This document shows positions 37,364 through 47,686 of a stretch of DNA of 64,000 nucleotides, piece after piece. The stretch is taken from positions 74,189 to 138,188 of the forward strand of contig CAZWJT010000006.1 in the NCBI GenBank assembly GCA_964634935.1, written 5' to 3'. This DNA is from an uncultured Planctomycetia bacterium (GTDB taxonomy: Bacteria; Omnitrophota; Gorgyraeia; Duberdicusellales; Duberdicusellaceae). The translations under genes were made by a program, and so were the position numbers. Each line of letters begins with the position of its first letter. Position 1 is the stretch's first letter. Under the pieces are notes generated by a model. That model did not search any database. It had not been told where the DNA came from and saw only the letters and a program-made list of their open reading frames with translations.

Positions 37364-38635
37364 ATGAAAAAAGAAAAGATAGATGCGCTTATACTCGCTG
37401 CAGGTAAGGGTACGCGAATGCGGTCGTCAACGCCGAAGGTACTCCACGAAGTTTGCGGGGTGCCGCTTATTTACTATGCGCTTGATACGGTTGTATCCTT
37501 GGGAATATCCAATATTGTAGTTGTTGTTGGGCATAGCAAGGAACTCATCGAACAAGAAGTTTGTTCCTATTTCCCGAATATCAGTTTTGTGACTCAAAAG
37601 GTTTTAAACGGAAGCGCCAAAGCTGTTGAAGCTGGTATTTCGCGGCTCAAAGGAGAACATGTGTTCATTCTTTGTGCTGATTCGCCGCTCTGGGATGTTC
37701 ATTGTGCTCGAAAGATGCTTCACGCGCATCTTCAGTCTCGGTCGGATGCGACCATTCTCAGCCAGAATGTTTCAAAACCGGACGGCCTTGGCCGCATCGT
37801 AAAGGACTTAAGCGGTGATTTTCTCGCAATCCGTGAAGAGATTGATGCCGCGGATGAGGAAAAGGAGATCACGGAAATTAATACAGGAATTTATTTGTTC
37901 CGCAAAGATGCTCTTTTGCAGAATATCAAAAAGATACAAAAGAATCCCAAGAAGCAAGAATTCTTTTTTACAGACATCTTTCCGATTCTTCTTTCCCAAG
38001 ATAAAAAAATTTCCGTGTTTTGTTCCGCCAAAGCTTGTTTTTTTTCTGTGAACACAATGCAGGATTTATTGACTGCCCAGGAGTGTGTCCGCGTGAAGCT
38101 TTTCGAATGTTTCAGCGGCCGGGGGATACGTATTGTTGATCCAGAAAGCACTTTTTTAACCCCCTTGACTTTTATAGGAGAAAATACTACAATCTATCCT
38201 TTCGCTTTCCTGGAAAAGAACGTGAAAATCGGCAAATCTTGTGCTGTGGGTCCTTTTGTCCACTTGCGGGAAGGGACTATTCTTGAAGATCGAGCTTCTC
38301 TAGGAAATTTCACTGAATCCGTCCGTAGCAGGATTGGAGAACGAGTGAAAATGCGGCATTTTAGTTACGTAGGTGATGCGGTTATCGGCAACGACGTCAA
38401 CATCGGAGCAGGAACGGTCATTGCGAATTTTGACGGTACCAAGAAGAACAAAACCGTTATTGGGAAAGGCGCATTTATCGGTTCCGACAGCGTGCTTGTA
38501 GCTCCAGTTAAGATTGGTGAAAAGAGTATTACTGGAGCAGGGTGCGTAGTCACAAAAGATGTTCCGCCGAAATCTACCGTGGTTGGCGTTCCTGCAAGAA
38601 TTTTGAAGCGAAGTCATGCACGAAAGAAAACATAG
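37364..38635 (+). CDS. glmU: Bifunctional UDP-N-acetylglucosamine pyrophosphorylase / GlcN-1-P acetyltransferase
   Basis: LILAAGKGTRMRSSTPKVLH N-terminal NTase fold; C-terminal left-handed beta-helix hexapeptide repeats. Confidence 0.85.
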   Translation: MKKEKIDALILAAGKGTRMRSSTPKVLHEVCGVPLIYYALDTVVSLGISNIVVVVGHSKELIEQEVCSYFPNISFVTQKVLNGSAKAVEAGISRLKGEHVFILCADSPLWDVHCARKMLHAHLQSRSDATILSQNVSKPDGLGRIVKDLSGDFLAIREEIDAADEEKEITEINTGIYLFRKDALLQNIKKIQKNPKKQEFFFTDIFPILLSQDKKISVFCSAKACFFSVNTMQDLLTAQECVRVKLFECFSGRGIRIVDPESTFLTPLTFIGENTTIYPFAFLEKNVKIGKSCAVGPFVHLREGTILEDRASLGNFTESVRSRIGERVKMRHFSYVGDAVIGNDVNIGAGTVIANFDGTKKNKTVIGKGAFIGSDSVLVAPVKIGEKSITGAGCVVTKDVPPKSTVVGVPARILKRSHARKKT

Positions 38636-38660
38636 CAATGTAGTAACCAAAGGAGAAGCA

Positions 38661-39617
38661 ATGGCTGATGATTTATGTATTTTTTCCGGAAATTCTAACC
38701 GAGAGCTCAGTGAGAAGATCGCAAAGAATCTCGATACTTGTCTCTGCCCAGCCTTGGTGAGCCGGTTTAGCGATAGTGAAATACGGGTAAAGATTGAAGC
38801 AAACGTCCGCGGTAAAGATGTTTTTGTTGTTCAGGCAACTTCCGCTCCAGTCAATGAGCATCTCATGGAGCTTTTGATTATGATCGATGCTTTGCGGCGC
38901 GCTTCAGCGAAAAGGATAACCGCGGTGATCCCCTATTTTGGATATGCTCGTCAAGATAGAAAAGATCAACCCCGAGTTCCGATTACAGCGCGGCTTGTCG
39001 CGAATTTAATCACAGTTGCCGGAGCGAATAGGGTTCTTACTATGGATTTGCATGCCGGTCAGATTCAAGGATTTTTTGATATTCCACTCGACAATCTTTA
39101 TGGGATTAACGCTTTTCTTGATTATTTTGCGGAGAAAAAAGCACTTCATAAAGACCTTGTCGTTGTCTCACCTGATGTGGGTGGTATTAAGATGGCCCGC
39201 GGATATGCCCGCCGTTTCAACGCAGGGTTAGCCATTATTGACAAACGTCGTATTTCTCCACACGCTACTGAAGCGGCCCATATTTTAGGAGAAGTGGAAC
39301 ATAAGGATGCAATCATGGTTGACGATATAGTCGCCACCGGAAGTTCTTTAATCGAAGGAGCCAACGTATTAAAAAAAGCTGGATGCCGGAAAATCTATGC
39401 CGCGATTACCCATGGGGTGCTTTCCGCAGACGCAATCAGTAAGATTCAGAACTCGGCGATCGATGAGCTTATTATTACAGATTCGATTTATCTGCCGGAA
39501 GAAAAAAGGGTTTCAAAAATAAAAGTGATTACTGTCGCATCTATTTTAGCTGAAGCAATTAAGAGAATTCATTCCGAAGAATCTATCAGTATTCTTTTTG
39601 ATTTTGTTCAGCAATAG
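38661..39617 (+). CDS. prs: Ribose-phosphate pyrophosphokinase
   Basis: LCIFSGNSNRELSEKIAKNL...VVVSPDVGG...DDIVATGSS; AAGGAG RBS before ATG 38661 (ORF track starts at 38616). Confidence 0.9.
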   Translation: MADDLCIFSGNSNRELSEKIAKNLDTCLCPALVSRFSDSEIRVKIEANVRGKDVFVVQATSAPVNEHLMELLIMIDALRRASAKRITAVIPYFGYARQDRKDQPRVPITARLVANLITVAGANRVLTMDLHAGQIQGFFDIPLDNLYGINAFLDYFAEKKALHKDLVVVSPDVGGIKMARGYARRFNAGLAIIDKRRISPHATEAAHILGEVEHKDAIMVDDIVATGSSLIEGANVLKKAGCRKIYAAITHGVLSADAISKIQNSAIDELIITDSIYLPEEKRVSKIKVITVASILAEAIKRIHSEESISILFDFVQQ

Positions 39618-40350
39618 TGAATTTACAGGGAATTTTAACAAGGAGGTTCTTTTGAACGAGATAAAATTAAACGTAACAAAGCGCGGCGAAAAAGGGTCCG
39701 GGGTTATTCGTCGCATGCGTAAGAGTGGTTTTGTTCCCGCAGTGGTTTACAGCCGCGGAACAAATATTCCGGTGAAAATTAAGAAGAACGATCTTATTAT
39801 TCTGAAGCGTAACCACTTTTCGGAAAATATTATTATTACTATGGCGGTTGACGCTGAAGCGGAACCCTTGCTTACCCTGATCAAGGACGTGCAGTTTGAT
39901 CCTTTGACCGAAGAGGTCATTCATCTTGATTTTATCAAGGTTTCTTTGAAAGAAAAAGTTTCGGTGAAAGTTCCTGTTGAGGTTATTGGAGAGCCGGCAG
40001 GAATAAAAGAAGGTGGAATTCTTGAGCATGTTTTATGGGAAATCACAGTCGAGTGTTTCCCTACAGATATTCCGCGAAGCATTCCAGTGAATGTTGCGGA
40101 ATTAAAAATTGGGGATGCGATTCATATTCGTGAGCTCACACTTCCAGAAAAAGTGAAGGTATTGCATGATCCTAAGGATGTCGTTGTGCTAGTGAGCGCA
40201 CCTCAGGCTGAAGAAGAGCCAGTTGCGGCCACGGAAGAAAAAGTCGAACCGGAAGTCATTAAAGAAAAGCCTAAGGAAGAAAAAGAAGGCGAAACAGAGA
40301 AAGAAAAAGGCAAAGAAAAAGAGAAGGAAAAGGAGAAGAGTAAAGATTGA
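39598..40350 (+). CDS. rplY: Ribosomal protein L25 / general stress protein Ctc with a long K/E-rich C-terminal tail (true start possibly TTG 39643 after AAGGAGG)
   Basis: KRGEKGSGVIRRMRKSGFVPAVVYSRG...; tail PKEEKEGETEKEKGKEKEKEKEKSKD. Confidence 0.8.
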   Translation: MILFSNSEFTGNFNKEVLLNEIKLNVTKRGEKGSGVIRRMRKSGFVPAVVYSRGTNIPVKIKKNDLIILKRNHFSENIIITMAVDAEAEPLLTLIKDVQFDPLTEEVIHLDFIKVSLKEKVSVKVPVEVIGEPAGIKEGGILEHVLWEITVECFPTDIPRSIPVNVAELKIGDAIHIRELTLPEKVKVLHDPKDVVVLVSAPQAEEEPVAATEEKVEPEVIKEKPKEEKEGETEKEKGKEKEKEKEKSKD

Positions 40351-40910
40351 AAGTTATCCTTGGCTTGGGCAATCCGGGCAAGCAATACGAACTCACACGG
40401 CACAATATCGGACGGAGGATTATTGAGGCCTATGCCGCAGAAGAGGGAGTTGCGTTACGGAAGCGAGGAATATTCGGCTTATTTCGTTCAATAACCATCG
40501 CGCATAACCAACAAAATATAACCTTAGCTGTTCCTTCTGTGTATATGAATATTTCCGGAAAGGCGGTTTCCGATGCCGTGAAAAGATTCGGGATTCCTCT
40601 TGAAAATTTACTCATCCTGTGCGATGATATACAGCTACCGTTTGGGCACCTGAGAATACGTTCTTCAGGTTCATCTGGAGGGCATAACGGTCTTGCTTCT
40701 GTTATTCGAGTGCTTGGTACGAGCGAATTTTCCCGGTTGCGGATTGGAATTGACAAGCCTTTGCAGGGCGTCGATCTTGCAGACTACGTGTTGAAAAGGT
40801 TTACATCGGAAGAGGAACATAAGCTTGCCGGTATTATTCAAGAAAGCATAGCTGCCTGTAAGCTGTGGGTTGAATACGGGATACAAAAAACAATGGAAAG
40901 GGTGAACTGA
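40347..40910 (+). CDS. pth: Peptidyl-tRNA hydrolase
   Basis: MKVILGLGNPGKQYELTRHNIG...GGHNGL. Confidence 0.9.
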   Translation: MKVILGLGNPGKQYELTRHNIGRRIIEAYAAEEGVALRKRGIFGLFRSITIAHNQQNITLAVPSVYMNISGKAVSDAVKRFGIPLENLLILCDDIQLPFGHLRIRSSGSSGGHNGLASVIRVLGTSEFSRLRIGIDKPLQGVDLADYVLKRFTSEEEHKLAGIIQESIAACKLWVEYGIQKTMERVN

Positions 40911-40916
40911 AAAGAT

Positions 40917-41234
40917 ATGAAATACTATGAGGTGATGATTATTTTTCTGCCGGACTTAGAAAAGAAGATTTATGCGGAAACCATGGAAAGGTTTGCTAAG
41001 GATATTTCCGAACATAAAGGAAAACTTGAAAACTGGCAGGTATGGGCTGAAAAAAGATCTTTGGCTCATCTTTTGCAGTCAAAAGGCGCTGAACGGAAGA
41101 AATATGACGCAGGAACGTATATACTTGCCGATTTTGAGCTTGGCGAAGAAGCTTTAAAACGGCTGAAATATCTTTTAACCTTGGAAGAAAGTATCTTACG
41201 GTTTGTTATTTTGAGAAAGGAGCACAATGGCTGA
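40917..41234 (+). CDS. rpsF: 30S ribosomal protein S6
   Basis: MKYYEVMIIFLPDLEKK... Confidence 0.85.
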   Translation: MKYYEVMIIFLPDLEKKIYAETMERFAKDISEHKGKLENWQVWAEKRSLAHLLQSKGAERKKYDAGTYILADFELGEEALKRLKYLLTLEESILRFVILRKEHNG

Positions 41235-41655
41235 CCTGAACAAGGTTTTTTTGATCGGCAACCTTACTCGAGATCCGGAGCTTCGTTATACCCCCCAGGG
41301 GGTCGCAGTAACTAACTTGCGCGTAGCTGTGAATACAAGGTTTCGTACCAAAGAAAACCAGGAAGTTAAGAAGGAAACTTGTTTTATGACGGTTGTTGCT
41401 TGGGGGAATCTTGCTGAAACCTGTAATCAGTATTTGCAGAAAGGTAAGCCTGTTTTTATTGAGGGCAGACTTCAATCACGCACTTGGCAGGATCAAAGTG
41501 GGGCGAATCGGTCAGTGATTGAAGTGCGCGCTGAGCGTATTCAATTTCTAGGCCGTCCTGCGACGCAGGATTCAGCAACATCAGAGGCTCCATCCGAACT
41601 CGGTGTTGAACCAAGCCAAGAAACAGATGAATTCCAAGAGGAACCTTCAGCGTAA
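41227..41655 (+). CDS. ssb: Single-stranded DNA-binding protein
   Basis: LNKVFLIGNLTRDPELRYTPQGVAVTNLRVAVN... OB fold; acidic C-terminal tail. Confidence 0.9.
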   Translation: MADLNKVFLIGNLTRDPELRYTPQGVAVTNLRVAVNTRFRTKENQEVKKETCFMTVVAWGNLAETCNQYLQKGKPVFIEGRLQSRTWQDQSGANRSVIEVRAERIQFLGRPATQDSATSEAPSELGVEPSQETDEFQEEPSA

Positions 41656-41670
41656 TCTAAAAGGAGTAAT

Positions 41671-41910
41671 ATGAAAAGAGAAAAACCACGCAAAGTATTT
41701 GAGAGACCTCAAAAGATAGTTGTGGCGCATTGCATATTTTGTAAGAATGACAATCTTGCTATTGATTATAAAAATATGGATTTAATGGGAGATTGTATTA
41801 CTACCAAGGGTAAGATGATTTCCAGGCGTATTAGCGGTAATTGCGCTAAGCACCAACGTAAAATTGCCCGGGAAGTACAGAGAGCCAGGTTTCTTGCGCT
41901 TCTTCCTTAA
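41671..41910 (+). CDS. rpsR: 30S ribosomal protein S18
   Basis: CIFCKNDNLAIDYKNMDLMGDCITTKGKMISRRISGNCAKHQRKIAREVQRARFLALLP. Confidence 0.9.
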   Translation: MKREKPRKVFERPQKIVVAHCIFCKNDNLAIDYKNMDLMGDCITTKGKMISRRISGNCAKHQRKIAREVQRARFLALLP

Positions 41911-41941
41911 AAAACCAGCTTAACAAAAAAGAGGTAGTATT

Positions 41942-42391
41942 ATGAAGGTCGTTTTGATCCAAAATGTTGCTGGGGTGGGGAAAGAAGGCCAGCAACTTGA
42001 AGTGAAACCAGGGTATGCCCGCAATTATCTTTTCCGCGGTAATTTCGCTCTAGAGGCAACAGAAGAAAACATAGCGCTTTTTGAGGCTCGGAAAAAACAG
42101 CGGGAGAAAACTTCTCTTCGCGAACAAGAAAAAGCAACTTTAATAAAGAAAAAAATCGATTCTGTTTCGATCACCATTCCGGTTGAAGTTAAGAATAAGG
42201 AGACCGAAGAGATTTTTGGTTCAGTCACTAGCTCGATGATTTGCAAGGCCCTCCAGGAAGAAGGTATTTCCGTGGAGGAAAACAAAATTATTCTCGCCTC
42301 CCCCATAAAGAAGCTCGGTATTTTCAATGTTCCTGTTGCTTTGCACGATAGCGTCCAGGGAGAGGTAAAAGTATGGGTAGTAAAGAAGTAA
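41942..42391 (+). CDS. rplI: 50S ribosomal protein L9
   Basis: MKVVLIQNVAGVGKEGQQLEVKPGYARNYLF... Confidence 0.9.
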   Translation: MKVVLIQNVAGVGKEGQQLEVKPGYARNYLFRGNFALEATEENIALFEARKKQREKTSLREQEKATLIKKKIDSVSITIPVEVKNKETEEIFGSVTSSMICKALQEEGISVEENKIILASPIKKLGIFNVPVALHDSVQGEVKVWVVKK

Positions 42392-43749
42392 GACCGGCAT
42401 CATTTTTTGAAGACAAAGTTCCTCCTCAGAGCATCGAAGCCGAAGTTGCCGTACTCGGAGCGATGCTCATCGACGAGAAAGTGATTTCCGAGATTCTTGA
42501 GATCATAGACACTTCCTATTTCTACAGGCAGGATCATCAAATTATTTTTTCCGCAGTTGTTGATTTATTCCAATCCCGTAAGAATGTTGATCTGCTTACG
42601 GTTGCTGAAGAGATTAAGCGTAAAGGGAAGATTGAAGATATCGGCGGAACCGTATATTTGACTCACCTTGTTGATAACACGCCCTCTTCCGCAAATGCTG
42701 TTAGCTATGCAAAAATTGTCAAAGAAAAAGGGATGTTGCGCTTTTTAATTACTTCCGCCACACAAATTCTTTCTTTATGTTACCAATCTGAAGATGATGC
42801 AAATGCGATTCTTGATAAATCTGAGAGGCTTATTTTTGATATTAGTACTCAAAAAGTCGAAGGCGGATATATTCATATCAAAAATATTATTAAAGACAGC
42901 ATCGAGCTTATTGACAGTCTTTACCAGAAGAAAACGCACATTACTGGGATTCCTTCCGGGTTCCACGATTTTGATATTAAGACTGCTGGTTTTCAAAAAG
43001 GAGATCTCGTTATCATTGCTGGCCGGCCTTCTATGGGAAAAAGTGCCTTTGCTGGGGGGCTGGCTGAATATGCGGCAGTTGAAGAAAATATTCCTGTAGG
43101 AATTTTTAGTCTTGAAATGTCGAAAGAGCAATTAACCCAGCGTTTTCTTTGTTCTCAGGCAAAAGTGGATGCACATAAGTTACGCACTGGTTTTCTGGCG
43201 CCATCCGACTGGCCACTTCTTACTTCGGCAGCCGGAAGACTTTCAGAAGCCCCCATCTATATTGATGATACTCCCGGGATTAGCATTTTTGAATTGCGGG
43301 CAAAAAGCCGACGATTAAAACTACACCACAATATCCAGTTGCTCATTGTGGATTATCTGCAGCTTTTACATACAAGTTCTCGCTTTGAAAGCAGGCAGCA
43401 AGAGATTTCCGAGATTTCCCGTTCGCTGAAAGCGTTGGCTAAGGAGATTGAAGTTCCGGTAATTGTGGTGAGTCAACTTTCGCGAGCCGTCGAGGCGCGC
43501 ACCGATAAACGGCCCCAGCTTTCTGATTTGCGTGAATCCGGAGCGATTGAACAGGATGCAGATGTAGTCGTGCTTTTGTTGCGGGAAGATTATTACAATC
43601 CTGATACGGAAAAAAAAGGCATCGCTGAAGCAATCATCGCAAAGCAGAGAAATGGGCCGGTAGGTAGCGTTTTTCTTGGTTTTATTAAGGAGTACATGAA
43701 ATTTGTGAGTTTAGATATGTCGCATACCCCGTCTGCTGAAGGATTATGA
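42373..43749 (+). CDS. dnaB: Replicative DNA helicase
   Basis: PPQSIEAEVAVLGAMLID...; Walker A GRPSMGKSAFAGG; RecA-like core. Confidence 0.9.
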   Translation: MGSKEVRPASFFEDKVPPQSIEAEVAVLGAMLIDEKVISEILEIIDTSYFYRQDHQIIFSAVVDLFQSRKNVDLLTVAEEIKRKGKIEDIGGTVYLTHLVDNTPSSANAVSYAKIVKEKGMLRFLITSATQILSLCYQSEDDANAILDKSERLIFDISTQKVEGGYIHIKNIIKDSIELIDSLYQKKTHITGIPSGFHDFDIKTAGFQKGDLVIIAGRPSMGKSAFAGGLAEYAAVEENIPVGIFSLEMSKEQLTQRFLCSQAKVDAHKLRTGFLAPSDWPLLTSAAGRLSEAPIYIDDTPGISIFELRAKSRRLKLHHNIQLLIVDYLQLLHTSSRFESRQQEISEISRSLKALAKEIEVPVIVVSQLSRAVEARTDKRPQLSDLRESGAIEQDADVVVLLLREDYYNPDTEKKGIAEAIIAKQRNGPVGSVFLGFIKEYMKFVSLDMSHTPSAEGL

Positions 43750-43767
43750 AATTTTATCGCTCAATGG

Positions 43768-43796
43768 TTGACTTTCAAGGGAGGGTATCATATAAT
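43768..43796 (+). promoter_or_regulatory. Sigma-70-like promoter TTGACT-17-TATAAT upstream of bamA
   Basis: ttgact(43768-43773) ... tataat(43791-43796), 10 nt before ATG 43806. Confidence 0.45.
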
Positions 43797-43805
43797 AAGT
43801 AAATT

Positions 43806-46112
43806 ATGAATAAAAAAATAATTTATTTCATCATTTTTCTTCTTTTTACCGTTCTTTTCTCCGCAGGAGCTCAAACCCAGGATGAGCCTCTTCAGGATCG
43901 CCCTGTAACCGCCATTGAAGTAAAAGGGATTAAGGTGGTAGGCAAGGAAAAAGTAATATCCCAAATTAAGACCAGAATTGGGCAGCCCTATAATAAGAAT
44001 ATTTCCAATGAAGATATGAACCGTCTCTATGCGCTTGACTTTTTTGAAAGAATTGAAGTTCAACTGGAAGATTTTGAAAAGGGAGTGAAGGTTACTTTCC
44101 ATGTGACCGAGAAGCCGCTTTTGAAGAAGATTGAAATTGAAGGGAGCCGGAAAATCGGGAAGAAAAAGATCCTCGACACTTTGAACTTAAAAGAAGGCAG
44201 TTTTCTTGATGAATTCAAGGTGAAAGAAGCGGTAGATAACCTAAAGAGCTTATACGGTAAGCGGGGTTTTACGGAATCTTCCGTTGAATATCAGATCGTC
44301 CGCGATGAGGCAAAGAATGAGGCAGTTGTTCAGTTTTTGATCAGCGAGTTTAAGAAGTTTAAAATAAGAAAAGTCGAACTTCAGGGAAATTCCGTATTCC
44401 GCAGCAAACGAATTTTCAAACTTTTAAAAACCAGGCCGGCATGGCTTTTTAATGCGGGTCTTTTTAAAGAAGAAACGGCGAATGATGACATAAAGCGGTT
44501 GGAAGATTTCTATCGGCGTGAAGGTTATGGTGACGCCAAGGCAGTTTATACCACGAAAGTTGATAAAGAAAAAGGTTTTGTTTTCGTCACTTTTCAGATA
44601 ACCGAGGGCAGGAAATATTTGGTAGGAGATGTGACGATTGATGGGAACGAAAAAATCCCCGGCTATAAAATTACCGATACGCTCACCTTGCGCAAGAACG
44701 GCGTTTTCAGCCAGGTTGCCGCGCAGGCAGAAGCTTCTCGCATCCAGCAGGTGTATGTTGATGAAGGGTATATTTTTGCCCAGGTAAAACCAGTTTCATA
44801 TCTGAACCCAAAAAGTGATCAGGTAGACATCGCTTATAAAATCAAAGAAAATAATCTCGCGTATGTCAACCGGATTGATATCCGGGGAAATCTTAAGACG
44901 CGGGATAACGTTATCCGGCGAGAACTGCGGATTTTTCCTGGGGATAAATTCAGCGGAGATAAGATTCGCCGCTCAAAAGAAAAACTGCAGAATCTGGGTT
45001 TTTTTGAAGAAATCAAGTTTGATACAGAATCGACGGAAAAACCGGATTGGCAGGATTTAGTAGTGCACGTGAAAGAAGCAAAAACAGGAAGCTTTAGTTT
45101 CGGCGGCGGGTATAGTTCGGTTGAGCAACTCATCGGCTTTATTGAGCTGCGTCAAAAGAATTTTGATTACAAAAATTTTCCCTATTTTACCGGTGGGGGG
45201 CAGGATTTAAGTTTCTTTGGACAATTTGGTTCTAACGCGACTGAATACGAGTTGAGCTTTACCAATCCATGGATTTTTGACCGACCGATCTCTTTTGGTT
45301 TTGACATCTATCAGCGCGAACACGATCGGGAAAGCGACGTGGGATACGGATACGACGAGCTGCGGCGCGGAGGGAAGATACGTCTTGGAAAAGAGTTGAA
45401 TGAATATCTCAAGGGAGGACTTGCCTATAAATTTGAGACTGTTGAGATTTCAGATGTTGATCCGTCAGCCACGAACGAATTAAAGAAGGAAATAGGCAAG
45501 AACAACATCAGCAGCATGGAATACTCACTCACCCTTGATAAGCGCGACAATCCATTTTTCCCGACGAAGGGTTTCTATGCAACGAGTGCGCTAGAAACCG
45601 CTGGTTCATTTCTCGGTGGTGATAAAGATTACGTAAAGTTGTTTTCGCAGGGCAGTTTTTTTGTGCCTTTGTTCCGCGGTTCTGTCGTTGAGCTTAAAGG
45701 CCGGGTCGGGCTTGCTAAACCCATTGATGATACCGAGGATATTCCTATCTATGAACGGTTTTTTGCAGGCGGTGCCTATACTATCCGCGGTTATCATGAA
45801 CGGAAAGTCGGCCCTATCGATGCCGTAACGAATGACCCCATCGGTGGTGAGGCGCTTTTTATCGGTAATATTGAATATACCTATCCGCTGACTGAATACT
45901 TACGGCTTGCCGCTTTCTTTGATACTGGGAACGTTTGGACTCACTACGATGAATTATTTACCGGTAGTTTTAAATCCAGCTTTGGTCTTGGCGTTAGAGT
46001 CAAAACGCCTTTCGGACCGATCAATGTTGATTATGGGTATCCTTTGGCTGATGAGCCGGGAGAAGAAGGGAAATCAGGCAAGTTTCATTTCAGCGTGAGC
46101 AGAGGCTTTTAA
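43806..46112 (+). CDS. bamA: Outer membrane protein assembly factor BamA
   Basis: Signal peptide; POTRA repeats; C-terminal barrel ending ...FHFSVSRGF. Confidence 0.85.
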   Translation: MNKKIIYFIIFLLFTVLFSAGAQTQDEPLQDRPVTAIEVKGIKVVGKEKVISQIKTRIGQPYNKNISNEDMNRLYALDFFERIEVQLEDFEKGVKVTFHVTEKPLLKKIEIEGSRKIGKKKILDTLNLKEGSFLDEFKVKEAVDNLKSLYGKRGFTESSVEYQIVRDEAKNEAVVQFLISEFKKFKIRKVELQGNSVFRSKRIFKLLKTRPAWLFNAGLFKEETANDDIKRLEDFYRREGYGDAKAVYTTKVDKEKGFVFVTFQITEGRKYLVGDVTIDGNEKIPGYKITDTLTLRKNGVFSQVAAQAEASRIQQVYVDEGYIFAQVKPVSYLNPKSDQVDIAYKIKENNLAYVNRIDIRGNLKTRDNVIRRELRIFPGDKFSGDKIRRSKEKLQNLGFFEEIKFDTESTEKPDWQDLVVHVKEAKTGSFSFGGGYSSVEQLIGFIELRQKNFDYKNFPYFTGGGQDLSFFGQFGSNATEYELSFTNPWIFDRPISFGFDIYQREHDRESDVGYGYDELRRGGKIRLGKELNEYLKGGLAYKFETVEISDVDPSATNELKKEIGKNNISSMEYSLTLDKRDNPFFPTKGFYATSALETAGSFLGGDKDYVKLFSQGSFFVPLFRGSVVELKGRVGLAKPIDDTEDIPIYERFFAGGAYTIRGYHERKVGPIDAVTNDPIGGEALFIGNIEYTYPLTEYLRLAAFFDTGNVWTHYDELFTGSFKSSFGLGVRVKTPFGPINVDYGYPLADEPGEEGKSGKFHFSVSRGF

Positions 46113-46130
46113 CAGAACAAGAAAGAAAGG

Positions 46131-46646
46131 ATGCATATGAGAAAGCTCGTAATTGGTCTTGCTGCGTTTGTATTTTTGGCGACACTCCCCGTGTTTGCCC
46201 AAGGGATGTCTATGGCGTATGTTGATGTACTTGAGGTCTTCAACAAATACAAGAAAACCGAAGAGTACGACGGAATGCTTGAGAAGAAAAAAGCGATAAA
46301 AGAAAAAGAACTTGAACAACAGAAGAATGACATCGAGAAATTGCGCACCGAACTCAAGATGCTTAAAGAAGCCGAGAAAAAAGCAAAGCAGGGTGAATTG
46401 GAGGCAAAAATTGATCAGTACAATACTTCATTGCGCGGTATTGCGCTCGACTTAAAAAAAGAGCGGGATGAGCGGATGAGAGATATTTTGGATGATATCC
46501 AGAAGAGTATTGAGGCCTATGCGAAAGAAAACAAAATTTCTCTCATTTTCCGGGAAGGCGCGATTGCGTTCGGCGACAAAAGCATGGATAAAACAGAAGA
46601 CATCATAAGAATCATCAATACAAAATATAAGCCAAGCAAAAAATGA
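46131..46646 (+). CDS. skp: Periplasmic chaperone Skp/OmpH
   Basis: Signal peptide; coiled-coil K/E-rich body of about 170 aa; position between bamA and lpxD. Confidence 0.8.
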   Translation: MHMRKLVIGLAAFVFLATLPVFAQGMSMAYVDVLEVFNKYKKTEEYDGMLEKKKAIKEKELEQQKNDIEKLRTELKMLKEAEKKAKQGELEAKIDQYNTSLRGIALDLKKERDERMRDILDDIQKSIEAYAKENKISLIFREGAIAFGDKSMDKTEDIIRIINTKYKPSKK

Positions 46647-47686
46647 GGATGACGCTTGCGGAAATCGCAGAGGTTATCGGCGGCGAAGTCATTGGCGATT
46701 CTCAAACAGTTATTACCGGAATTTCAGGGATTAAAGAAGCACAAACAGGGGACATAACCTTTTTAGCAAATCCAAAGTATGCCCCTCTTCTTTCCACAAC
46801 AGGCGCTTCAGCGGTTCTTCTTGACAGAGAATCAAAGATTGAAAACTGCAAGAAGCCTGTTGTACGAACTGATGATCCTTCATTCGCCTTTGCCCAGATA
46901 GTTTCCTTGGTTTCTCCGCAAAAAAAAGTACATCCACAGGGGATTAGTAAGTTTGCGTCGATTGCTCCCGGAGCTGTACTTGGAAAGGATGTTTCTATCG
47001 GGCCTTTTGCAATCATTGAACCCAATGTCCGCGTTGGCGATAATTCAGTGATTTATGGAGGCTGTTTCATCGGTAATTCTGCTCAGATAGGCAGTGATTG
47101 TCTTCTCTATTCGCATGTCACCATCCGGGAAGATGTGCAAATCGGCAACCGGGTTATTGTTCATTCCGGAACTGTCATTGGATCCGATGGTTTTGGGTTT
47201 GTTGCCGTTGAAGGTTCACAACAAAAAATTCCTCAGATTGGGATTGTGGTTATCGAAGACGATGTGGAGATCGGGGCAAATGTAACCATTGACCGAGCCC
47301 GTTTTGACAAAACGGTTATCGGACAAGGAACAAAAATCGATAACCTTGTGCAGATAGCTCACAATGTTTGTGTGGGGAAACATTGTTTAATCGTTGCCCA
47401 GGCGGGAGTTTCCGGGAGTACGGTTGTTGGTAATGGCGCAGTACTTGCCGGGCAAGCGGGCATTGTTGGGCACATCCGTATTGGCGAGAAGGCGATCGTG
47501 GCAGCGCAAGCAGGAGTTACCAAATCTGTTCCTGATCACACCATGGTTTCCGGGTACCCCGCGCGACCGCATGATACAGCTAAACGAGTCAATGCTTGTG
47601 TTCAGAAGCTTCCTGAATTATATACACGGGTGAAGGAGCTTGAGGAAGAAATAAGGAAATTAAAGGAACAGCTATCCAATGGATAA
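46643..47686 (+). CDS. lpxD: UDP-3-O-acylglucosamine N-acyltransferase
   Basis: [17 protein letters not shown]...; hexapeptide-repeat left-handed beta-helix. Confidence 0.9.
   Translation: MRMTLAEIAEVIGGEVIGDSQTVITGISGIKEAQTGDITFLANPKYAPLLSTTGASAVLLDRESKIENCKKPVVRTDDPSFAFAQIVSLVSPQKKVHPQGISKFASIAPGAVLGKDVSIGPFAIIEPNVRVGDNSVIYGGCFIGNSAQIGSDCLLYSHVTIREDVQIGNRVIVHSGTVIGSDGFGFVAVEGSQQKIPQIGIVVIEDDVEIGANVTIDRARFDKTVIGQGTKIDNLVQIAHNVCVGKHCLIVAQAGVSGSTVVGNGAVLAGQAGIVGHIRIGEKAIVAAQAGVTKSVPDHTMVSGYPARPHDTAKRVNACVQKLPELYTRVKELEEEIRKLKEQLSNG

Noticed and set aside
40250-40350. Short direct nucleotide repeats (GAAAAAG/GAGAAG) considered as a possible CRISPR/tandem-repeat locus
   Set aside because: They are in-frame inside the L25 gene and encode the KE tail. 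There are no spacer-like unique segments and no cas genes, so this is not a CRISPR.
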